DNA of 64,000 nucleotides, from positions 191,066-255,065 of the forward strand of contig CAZJVT010000002.1 in assembly GCA_964549935.1 (NCBI GenBank), read 5' to 3'. Position numbers and translations under genes: made by a program. This document shows positions 56,442 through 64,000 of this stretch, piece by piece; the first letter of the stretch is position 1, and each line of letters opens with the position of its first letter. Source of the DNA: an uncultured Candidatus Saccharibacteria bacterium. GTDB lineage: Bacteria; Patescibacteriota; Minisyncoccia; UBA6257; 1-14-0-10-44-23. The notes beneath the pieces are model-generated. The model was not told where the DNA came from and ran no database searches. It saw nothing but the letters and a program-made list of their open reading frames with translations.

Positions 56442-58406
56442 ATGCTTCTTAAAATATCACGCTTCTGCCTCATCGCCTCGCTTGCAGCCGTCCTGCTCGT
56501 AAACAAATCATTCTTTTTCCCGTTCATTACCGGCAAACAGGTTTTCTTCCGCTTCTGGGTTGAGCTTGCACTCGCCTTTTTTATTTTCCATCTCATTCGA
56601 GCTCTCCTCGCGAAACACCAATCTCATGCCCGTGAAACCTTAAAGGCAATAAGTAGACACCTCAAACACCCAATTGTGATTTGTTTGGCGATTCTTGGTA
56701 TCGCGCTCATTATCAGCGCGGTATTTAGCCCGACACCGAGCATGGCCTTCTGGTCAAACTATGAACGTGGCGATGGAACATTCCAGATTTTGCACTACAT
56801 ACTATTTGCAATCTTGCTCAAGCTACTCTTCGTTGACGACAAAAAATGGCACCAGCTCCTTGCCGCAAACATCATCATCAGCATCCCGGTGTGTTTTTAC
56901 GCCTTTGGCCAAATGTTCTCTAGCCCAAACTCGACAACGTTTGTCGCCGCCGGCAGCCGCGTGTCCGGCACGCTCGGCAACCCCTCCTACCTGGCCGCTT
57001 ACCTGATTTTCAATCTCGCTTTTATAACCTACTTCCTCCTGAAATCAAAAGACTCCTTCGTACGCCTGGGGTTGATTATGCTTGGCGCGGTACAAATTTT
57101 CCTAATGATCAAAGCTCAAACGCTTGGTGCCGCACTTGGAGTTTTCGTGGGTCTCGTCGTCTTCGCCGTACACCTCACATTCACGACTGATAATAAAAAA
57201 ATCTACAAAGCAGGACTTGCGGTCGGTGGTTTTGTTTTAGGACTTTCGCTACTGTTTATCGGGACCAGACAGTTTTCTTTCTGGCAACACATCCCCCTCT
57301 TCAACCGCATCACGGATATTAGCAAGGCATATGAAAACATCCAGCCACGCCTTTGGACGTGGAGCTCAGCGGTAAGCGGCGTTGCCGACCGGCCGCTGAC
57401 CGGCTGGGGTCCGGAAAATTTTGCAATCCCTTTTGACAGGCACTATGACCCGCTGCACTACGGGCAAGAGTCATTCTTCGATCGTACACACAACGTCTTT
57501 CTGCAATACCTCATCGACGGAGGCGTCCTTGCCTTCATCCCTTGGCTACTACTTTTCTATTTTTACTACCGTGGACTTCGTAAACGCGAGGCTTCAATAT
57601 GGAAAAGCGTGCTTATTGCTTTACCGGTTATGTACTTAGTCCAGGGCTTCTTCCTCTTTGACGTGCTGGCTATCTATCTTCCATTTTTTGTTCTGTTACT
57701 ATTCGCCATAAACACTAATCCCCCGCCAGATGACCGCCCGGCGCTTCCGGAGACACTACACGATATAACTCCTTTCTCCTACGTACTCATTGCGGCAACC
57801 GGCGTTGTCTTTTGCGTGCTCATCTACAAAACGGCCTATGCTCCCCTGCACCGCAACCGAATGATTATTGGCGCGCTCAACGATGGAGGCCAGCTCATTG
57901 CTGAACTGACAACCAAACACGAGGGCGGATTAAGCAAATCGCCTTCTGATGTATTTAACGAGCTGCATGCCGCTATTGAATATCCGTCACCAATCGGTCG
58001 CGGCGAGGCTGTCGAAATGTATCAAAAGTTCGCAGTTGATTTTCTCGGCTTGATGGCACAGGTTCCTGACGCTGCAAAAAATAAAAATATCCGAAACGAT
58101 GTTGCGACCATCATGACTGACCTCAATGCGACGATGGACAATAACGCGGGGCTAGTACCCGGCGTTAAAGATCGTTACGTTAATGCAACAGTTAATATTC
58201 GCGCTGGCGCTATTTTCAACATACCGGAATATATTCAGCGCGGCAGGAAAATGATCGAAGACGATCTTGCGGCGGCACCGAAGCGAATCGAACTAGTGAA
58301 AGTCCTGCTTGATCTTGGCGCGGCGACCAACGACAAGGCTCTTCTGGCAACATGGCAACCGGTTGCGGCGCAGCTTCGCCCGGACCTGTTCCGCGCAACG
58401 AAGTAG
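56442..58406 (+). CDS. O-antigen-ligase/Wzy-like polytopic membrane protein with C-terminal soluble domain
   Basis: about 12 transmembrane helices in the first 430 aa, then a 220-aa soluble tail; 654 aa. Confidence 0.4.
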   Translation: MLLKISRFCLIASLAAVLLVNKSFFFPFITGKQVFFRFWVELALAFFIFHLIRALLAKHQSHARETLKAISRHLKHPIVICLAILGIALIISAVFSPTPSMAFWSNYERGDGTFQILHYILFAILLKLLFVDDKKWHQLLAANIIISIPVCFYAFGQMFSSPNSTTFVAAGSRVSGTLGNPSYLAAYLIFNLAFITYFLLKSKDSFVRLGLIMLGAVQIFLMIKAQTLGAALGVFVGLVVFAVHLTFTTDNKKIYKAGLAVGGFVLGLSLLFIGTRQFSFWQHIPLFNRITDISKAYENIQPRLWTWSSAVSGVADRPLTGWGPENFAIPFDRHYDPLHYGQESFFDRTHNVFLQYLIDGGVLAFIPWLLLFYFYYRGLRKREASIWKSVLIALPVMYLVQGFFLFDVLAIYLPFFVLLLFAINTNPPPDDRPALPETLHDITPFSYVLIAATGVVFCVLIYKTAYAPLHRNRMIIGALNDGGQLIAELTTKHEGGLSKSPSDVFNELHAAIEYPSPIGRGEAVEMYQKFAVDFLGLMAQVPDAAKNKNIRNDVATIMTDLNATMDNNAGLVPGVKDRYVNATVNIRAGAIFNIPEYIQRGRKMIEDDLAAAPKRIELVKVLLDLGAATNDKALLATWQPVAAQLRPDLFRATK

Positions 58407-58417
58407 CCACTCGAGAA

Positions 58418-59218
58418 CTAAATAATCCAGCGGGAAAACATTGCTATAACCACCGCGGTCGCAAGAACAACAATAACGCTGTACCGCAAAAACGGACCTC
58501 GAAGCGTCCCGTGCAGATACTGCTCACTGGCCGAAGTTCCAATGACAGCGATCAAAGCAAGGATAGCTGCTACGTAGCCTACTGAAATCGGTAAAAGCCT
58601 TAAGGCCCAGGCCACTTCCACGAATTGCGTCGCAATAAGTGCGCTTGCAAATCGGACCAGCTTTTTATCGGCTTCGCCGTGCATCTTAAAGTATTCGGTT
58701 GAAAGCAAATACAAAAGTACGGCACCGATTATTGTCGCGCGAATTGGATGCGCACCGGATTGCCCGGCGACGAATAAGAGGCTAATCCCCCACACTAAGC
58801 CGGCGTGCAGCCCTTGGTACCAGCGGGAAACTTTTGCGACCAAGTTTTGCGCGACACATAAAAAGATGTAGCAAAGCACGGCAAAGATAAGCGCAAACAA
58901 GTGCTCCGGCAGGACGTGGTGTGGCGCCCAATGAGGTGTGACCAGGGTGAATCGAGACGGCATCAGTAAACCCAGCGATACAAGTGTTGTCCAGGCAATC
59001 GGCCCAACGAATGGCCGGGAAACCGGCGTGAAGAAAACGTAGATTGACCAAGATACAAAGAGTAGCAGCGAAAAAACAGAAAACGCCTGCGCCTGCACAT
59101 TAAGCAGTAGCAATCCGAAGGCCAGCGTCTTAATGCCGGCTCGCACCGGCGGACGACGCAAAAAAGTACGCAGCGGCAACGTCGCAGTAATAAATCTCTG
59201 TATCCGGGCCTGCCACAT
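58418..59218 (-). CDS. Hypothetical polytopic membrane protein
   Basis: 266 aa with 7-8 transmembrane helices. Confidence 0.5.
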   Translation of the reverse strand: MWQARIQRFITATLPLRTFLRRPPVRAGIKTLAFGLLLLNVQAQAFSVFSLLLFVSWSIYVFFTPVSRPFVGPIAWTTLVSLGLLMPSRFTLVTPHWAPHHVLPEHLFALIFAVLCYIFLCVAQNLVAKVSRWYQGLHAGLVWGISLLFVAGQSGAHPIRATIIGAVLLYLLSTEYFKMHGEADKKLVRFASALIATQFVEVAWALRLLPISVGYVAAILALIAVIGTSASEQYLHGTLRGPFLRYSVIVVLATAVVIAMFSRWII

Positions 59219-59224
59219 ACTCGC

Positions 59225-61921
59225 CTAAGCGACGCTGATCACCGGCTTGGCGTTACTAAATGCGATCTTCACCTTGTCTCCGTCTTTAATCTGACCGCGA
59301 ATCATTTTATCGGCCATGGCGTCTAAGATTGTTTTTTGAATCAACCGAGCAATCGGGCGTGCACCAAAGTCCGGATCAAATCCGTGTTCGACGATGTAAT
59401 CGCGGGCCGAGGCGTCGATAGCGACGTTGATACTGCGCTTCGCAAGCTTTTCTTTAATCAAAGCGAGCTGGATGTCGACGATTTTTTCGATATCCGTGCG
59501 GCGCAGACCGTTAAAGACGATGATTTCGTCAATGCGGTTTAAGAACTCCGGTTTAAAGCTGCTCTTGAGAGAGTCCTTCACGCGGTCCTTGAAACTCTCC
59601 TCTTGGCGGTCTATTTCTTTTTTCGCGCTCGTGCTAAAACCAAGCGTCGCCATATCCTTGAAGTAGTGGCTGCCGACGTTGCTCGTCAGAATAATGATCG
59701 TGTTCTTGAAGTTAACCGTTTTGCCGTGCGCATCAGTGAGACGACCATTGTCTAAGATTTGCAGCAATACATTGAACACCTCCGGGTGCGCCTTTTCAAT
59801 CTCATCAAACAGGATGAGGCTATACGGACGATGACGGATTGTTTCAGTGAGCTGTCCTCCCTCTTCGAAGCCGACGTAGCCCGGCGGGCTGCCAATAAGA
59901 CGGGAGACCGCGTGCTTTTCCATATACTCGCTCATATCCACGCGCACAATTGCCTTCTCGTCGTTAAACATCAAGCCGGCGAGACTACGGGCAAGCTCGG
60001 TTTTACCAACACCGGTCGGACCAAGGAACATAAAGCTGCCCAGCGGTCTGTCTTCGTGCGCAAGTCCAGCACGGGCGCGACGCAAAGCACCGGCAACGGC
60101 GGTAACCGCTTCGTCCTGGCCGACAACACGCTGATGCAACACCTCTTCAAGCTTAAGCATCTTCTCGGTATCACTTTCAAGCATCTTGGTAATCGGAATA
60201 CCGGTCCAGCGCGCAACGACGGCGGCGATGTCCTCTTCGTCGACGACCTCTTTAACAAAGGTCTCACCACTCACGCGCTTTTTCTTTTTTACATCAGCAT
60301 CCTCGCTGAAGTGCTTGTTTTCAAACGCCTTATACTCCTTTTCAGACTGCGGAAGCTCGCCATACAAAATCTGAGCAACGCGCTCCAGGTCTCCTCCGCG
60401 CTCCGCCTTCTCGGCTTCTTTCTTGAGCTGATCAATCCGCTTACGAAGATTGTGAAAGTTTTCAAGCGTCATCGTCTCGGCGCGCCACGAACCGGAGAGG
60501 TCGTCGTTACGCAACTTGAGCTTAGTAAGCTCGGTCTCAATCTCGGCTAAGCGCTTTTCCGGGCCGGTTGCCTTAACCGCCTTACTCTTGCGCTTCGTCG
60601 GTGTCACCTCGTTTGTTAATGCCTTTTTCTCGATTTCCAGACGCGTAATTTCGCGGCGAATCTTTTCTATTTCCGCCGGTGTACTCTCGGTCTCCATCTT
60701 TAAAGCCGCAGCCGCCTCGTCGATTAAATCAACGGCCTTGTCGGGTAGAAAGCGGTCGGTAATGTAGCGAGTCGACAAATTAACTGCAGCCACAATCGCC
60801 CGGTCGCTGATACGCAGCCCGTGGTGAATCTCATACTTTTCTTTGAGGCCGCGCAAAATCGAGATTGAATCCTCGATAGACGGCTCCTCTACCATAATCG
60901 GTGCAAAGCGGCGCTCAAGCGCTGAATCTTTTTCGATGTGCCGCTGATACTCACGAATCGTGGTCGCACCAATCGCGTGCAACTCACCGCGCGCCAAAGC
61001 CGGCTTTAAAAGATTCGAAGCATCGATAGCACCTTCGGCGGCACCGGCGCCGACAATCATATGAATCTCGTCGATAAACAAAATAATGCGGCCGGCGGAG
61101 TTTTGAACCTCCTTAATAAACGCTTTCAAGCGGTCTTCGAACTCGCCGCGGAACTTTGTGCCGGCGATCAGGCTACCCAAGTCGAGCGAAAGCACCTCCT
61201 TGCCTTTCAAAGTCTCCGGAACCTCTCCGGCGATAATCTTTTGCGCGAGGCCTTCAACGATGGCTGTTTTACCAACACCCGGTTCACCGATTAAGACCGG
61301 ATTATTCTTTGTGCGACGCGAAAGCACCTGAATCACGCGGCGCAGCTCCTCTTCGCGGCCGATAACCGGGTCGAGCTTCCCCTCCTTCGCCTTGGTTGTT
61401 AAATTCACGGCGTACTTTTCTAAAACCTGGAACTTACTCTCTGGTGTTTCATCCGTAACCCGCGTGCTGCCGCGTAGCTGTGCGAGGATTTTGATAAGCG
61501 CATCACGACGAACCCCGGCGCGCTCCAAAATAGCGCGGGCAGTCGTATCAACCTCCAACATCGCGAGTAACAAATGTTCACAAGAGACGAACTCGTCCTT
61601 CTGCGTGGCGGCAATTTTAGCGGCCTTCTCCAAAAGTCCCATCAGCTCCTGACTTAAGTAAAGCTGTCCGACGCCGCTGCCAAAAATCTTCGGCATCTCC
61701 TGCAACATCCGACGAACCTCGGCATCCAGCGCCTGGACATCGATGCCGGTTTTTTCAAGCATCGGGACAACCAGCGACTGCTGATCGTTTATCAGCGAAA
61801 CAAGTAAATGGATAGCCTTAAACTCACCGTGGTTATAGCTCCCGGCGAGTTCCTGGGCATTCTGAAGCGCCTCCTGCGCCTTTACAGTAAATCGATTGAA
61901 ATTCTTGTTATTCATTGCCAT
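59225..61921 (-). CDS. clpB: ATP-dependent chaperone ClpB
   Basis: N-domain, two AAA+ modules ([15 protein letters not shown]; [15 protein letters not shown]) separated by a long coiled-coil M-domain; 898 aa. Confidence 0.9.
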   Translation of the reverse strand: MAMNNKNFNRFTVKAQEALQNAQELAGSYNHGEFKAIHLLVSLINDQQSLVVPMLEKTGIDVQALDAEVRRMLQEMPKIFGSGVGQLYLSQELMGLLEKAAKIAATQKDEFVSCEHLLLAMLEVDTTARAILERAGVRRDALIKILAQLRGSTRVTDETPESKFQVLEKYAVNLTTKAKEGKLDPVIGREEELRRVIQVLSRRTKNNPVLIGEPGVGKTAIVEGLAQKIIAGEVPETLKGKEVLSLDLGSLIAGTKFRGEFEDRLKAFIKEVQNSAGRIILFIDEIHMIVGAGAAEGAIDASNLLKPALARGELHAIGATTIREYQRHIEKDSALERRFAPIMVEEPSIEDSISILRGLKEKYEIHHGLRISDRAIVAAVNLSTRYITDRFLPDKAVDLIDEAAAALKMETESTPAEIEKIRREITRLEIEKKALTNEVTPTKRKSKAVKATGPEKRLAEIETELTKLKLRNDDLSGSWRAETMTLENFHNLRKRIDQLKKEAEKAERGGDLERVAQILYGELPQSEKEYKAFENKHFSEDADVKKKKRVSGETFVKEVVDEEDIAAVVARWTGIPITKMLESDTEKMLKLEEVLHQRVVGQDEAVTAVAGALRRARAGLAHEDRPLGSFMFLGPTGVGKTELARSLAGLMFNDEKAIVRVDMSEYMEKHAVSRLIGSPPGYVGFEEGGQLTETIRHRPYSLILFDEIEKAHPEVFNVLLQILDNGRLTDAHGKTVNFKNTIIILTSNVGSHYFKDMATLGFSTSAKKEIDRQEESFKDRVKDSLKSSFKPEFLNRIDEIIVFNGLRRTDIEKIVDIQLALIKEKLAKRSINVAIDASARDYIVEHGFDPDFGARPIARLIQKTILDAMADKMIRGQIKDGDKVKIAFSNAKPVISVA

Positions 61922-62013
61922 ATAGTGAGATTATACCATCCGTGTCAATAGTTTCTGCCGCGGGCACGCCACCGAATGATGGCGCGCCCGCAACAGTTGC
62001 GGCGGAGGTCGGA

Positions 62014-62337
62014 CTACAGTTCCTCGATGGCCAAGATGATCCGGGCGATCACCTCTTCTTTCGTGACCTCTCGAGTCCGCCCGTGCTGCCTGTGTGACTT
62101 CAGGGCAACGTGACCGTTGAATCCCGGGAAGTCGAGAACGCCTGCCGCACCCTCGAACATCCGAAGCTTCGGGCTTTCAGCAATCCTGAGTGCGGTCTGT
62201 CCGTCCTTGCAGACCAGGCCGATATCCAGGATGTTGCCGGCGATGATCTGGGCGGAAAGCACGACATCGTACCCTTGCTCACTGATCAGTCGCAGATACT
62301 GCTGCCAGCTAGGCTGGCTTCTTTTCACGACCTTCAT
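62014..62337 (-). CDS. Hypothetical small protein, possibly degenerate receiver-like (high-GC cassette F)
   Basis: 107 aa; about 58% GC; AAGGAGGTG ribosome-binding site directly upstream of the ATG. Confidence 0.4.
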   Translation of the reverse strand: MKVVKRSQPSWQQYLRLISEQGYDVVLSAQIIAGNILDIGLVCKDGQTALRIAESPKLRMFEGAAGVLDFPGFNGHVALKSHRQHGRTREVTKEEVIARIILAIEEL

Positions 62338-62394
62338 TGCGCACCTCCTTGTGCCGCGTTATATTAACACAGGAAACTGTTTTTGTCCAGAGCG

Positions 62395-63606
62395 TTACTT
62401 CCTCTCTTCTAACACAACGTTCAGGCTCAAGACTCTATCTCCTCGCTGCACAGTCAACGCTACCTTATCTCCGACGTTGTAGCGCTGGATTAGTGACACG
62501 AGCGAGTGACTACTATCAATTTTGACACCGTTTACATGTGTTATGACGTCTTCAGCGAGCACCCCCGCTTTGTCCGCCGGGGAACCCTTGATAACCGCCG
62601 GTCCACTCTCGTCACCGCGGATCAAGGCACCTTCCGTGACTTTGATATTGTCGCGCTTAGCGATTTCCTCGGTGAGCAGTATGTAGTGAACTCCAAGATA
62701 CGAAGCAGTTATCTTGCCACTCATCTTCACGGAGTTGATATCGCGCTTCACATTATTAATCGGCAGCGCAAACCCGATACTGTTAGCCCCGGAAACGACG
62801 GCGCTGTTAATACCGATGACCTCTCCGCGCAGATTGACGAGCGGACCGCCCGAATTGCCCGGATTGATAGCGGCATCAGTTTGAATAACGCCTTCTAAGT
62901 CCTCGCTGACGGCGTTGCCACCGGATGCGGTGATGTTACGCGCAAGACCGGAGACTATGCCAACCGAAACCGTATTACGGAACTCACCAAGCGCGTTACC
63001 GATTGCGATAACGGTCTGTCCGAGCCGAATTCCGTCAGAATCAGCGAGCGGGAGTGTCGGGAAGCTGCTCCCTTCTATCTTAATGATGGCTAAATCCTGA
63101 AGCGGGTCACGCGCTAAAACTTTTGCTTTGTATTTTTTCCCATCATTCGTAAAGACGGTGTAGCTCGCATCCTTGTCTGAAACGACATGCTTATTAGTTA
63201 CAATCATACCGTCGGCTGAAACGATAAAGCCGGAGCCACCCCCAATATCCTGCATCTTAGTCCCCTTTTGGCAGGGCTGATTGAACTGGAAGTTATCACC
63301 GCCAAAAAACTGCTGAAACTCCGGCGGTAAATTTGCGAACGGGTTAACCGGACAGTTTTCGATAACCGGAACATTTTTGCTGATCGTAATAGAAACAATC
63401 GCCGGCGAGACCTTATCAACGGTATCGATAATCGCCTGCTCGTATCCGACTTGAGACTGATACTTGGCAACCGCCTGGGTACTTGTAGCGGTCTGGCTAC
63501 CGCTCAAAAACTGCGCCCCGCGATTACCCTGCTGCGTTAGAATAACTCCACCAAAAACAATGAGTGCAATCGCCGCGAAAATATACGAAAAATGTATTTT
63601 TTTCAT
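62395..63606 (-). CDS. htrA: HtrA/DegP-family serine protease with PDZ domain
   Basis: signal/anchor; catalytic GSGFIV..TNKHVV.., D.A.IKI, GNSGGPLVNLRGEVIGINSAVVS; C-terminal PDZ; 403 aa. Confidence 0.85.
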   Translation of the reverse strand: MKKIHFSYIFAAIALIVFGGVILTQQGNRGAQFLSGSQTATSTQAVAKYQSQVGYEQAIIDTVDKVSPAIVSITISKNVPVIENCPVNPFANLPPEFQQFFGGDNFQFNQPCQKGTKMQDIGGGSGFIVSADGMIVTNKHVVSDKDASYTVFTNDGKKYKAKVLARDPLQDLAIIKIEGSSFPTLPLADSDGIRLGQTVIAIGNALGEFRNTVSVGIVSGLARNITASGGNAVSEDLEGVIQTDAAINPGNSGGPLVNLRGEVIGINSAVVSGANSIGFALPINNVKRDINSVKMSGKITASYLGVHYILLTEEIAKRDNIKVTEGALIRGDESGPAVIKGSPADKAGVLAEDVITHVNGVKIDSSHSLVSLIQRYNVGDKVALTVQRGDRVLSLNVVLEERK

Positions 63607-63747
63607 CCCAACAGAAATAAAAAATGTTTATAATGTTTTATTTACAAGCAAACCCTCGCGATAGACAAAACCCTGCAACATGAGAAAGGACCCATTTCTA
63701 ACGGGCAAGTAGTTTTTGTATCTATAGTATACAACCGAAGCCAAAAA

Positions 63748-64000
63748 TTATTTCAAGCCTTGTTTCTTGATTTCGCTAAGCACCTTCAGCGTCGCAGCAA
63801 TCTCGGCTTTGGTGGTCATTCTGCCTAAGCTAAACCGCAAACTGTTTTTTGCGCGCACGGTGTCGCAACCCATAGCCGAGAGCACGTGTGAAGGATCAAT
63901 GGAGCGAGCCGCGCAGGCCGAGCCTGAGGAAACCGCGATGCCTTGTAAATCAAGCGCGACGATAAGCTGCTCGCCGGAAACGCCCGGGAAGTAAACATTC
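63748..64000 (-). CDS. Cysteine desulfurase (IscS/NifS-like), C-terminal end only (gene continues beyond window)
   Basis: hand translation of minus strand ..DLQGIAVSSGSACAARSIDPSHVLSAMGCDTVRAKNSLRFSLGRMTTKAEIAATLKVLSEIKKQGLK*. Confidence 0.7.
   Translation of the reverse strand, partial: NVYFPGVSGEQLIVALDLQGIAVSSGSACAARSIDPSHVLSAMGCDTVRAKNSLRFSLGRMTTKAEIAATLKVLSEIKKQGLK

Overview
This 64-kb window looks like a chromosomal segment of a small-genome bacterium with about 50% GC. Several features resemble Candidate Phyla Radiation / Patescibacteria genomes, which is an inference from content only. These are a short IF-2 (482 aa), an RpoA lacking the alpha-CTD, five TrbC/VirB2-type (T4SS) pilin paralogs, a type IV pilin-like surface protein, and mostly Shine-Dalgarno-less starts. 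Core content in order: gyrA 3' end; solute-binding protein; the pilin array; tRNA-Leu(TAG) with a tyrosine recombinase; a nucleotidyltransferase two-gene cassette; rmuC; a DedA-like membrane protein; gpmI; rny; hup; tRNA-Gly(GCC); membrane transporters; a pilin-like LamG protein; an ECF sigma factor and a PAS protein; secreted peptidoglycan-binding proteins; tRNA-Arg(GCG); an ATP-grasp protein; a matrixin-like protease; a csoR-copA copper operon; patatin; tRNA-Ser(GCT); an ABC-2 exporter; infB-rbfA; tRNA-Cys(GCA) and tRNA-Leu(TAA); NUDIX; alaX; a 3D-domain protein; hsp20; prsW; valS; tsaD; rpsI-rplM; infA-rpmJ-rpsM-rpsK-rpsD-rpoA-rplQ; clpB; htrA; and the 3' end of a cysteine desulfurase gene. 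No CRISPR array and no rRNA were found. The most striking signal is six short cassettes of about 60-66% GC carrying strong AGGAGG-type ribosome-binding sites. They sit at intergenic sites, and the largest is a 2.7-kb two-gene membrane operon that splits the pilin array. This pattern suggests repeated horizontal acquisition from a high-GC donor, or alternatively a chimeric assembly. Further signals: a 19-bp direct repeat of the tRNA-Leu 3' end beside the recombinase; a palindromic CsoR-type operator; and three dispersed short-sequence families. The families are GTATACCCCCACACCAAC hairpins, an ATATATCA[T/C]ATATGATATAT palindrome, and a TAG-rich repeat of about 27 nt that is also inserted in-frame in tsaD. 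All functional calls are by eye from motifs, with no database search.
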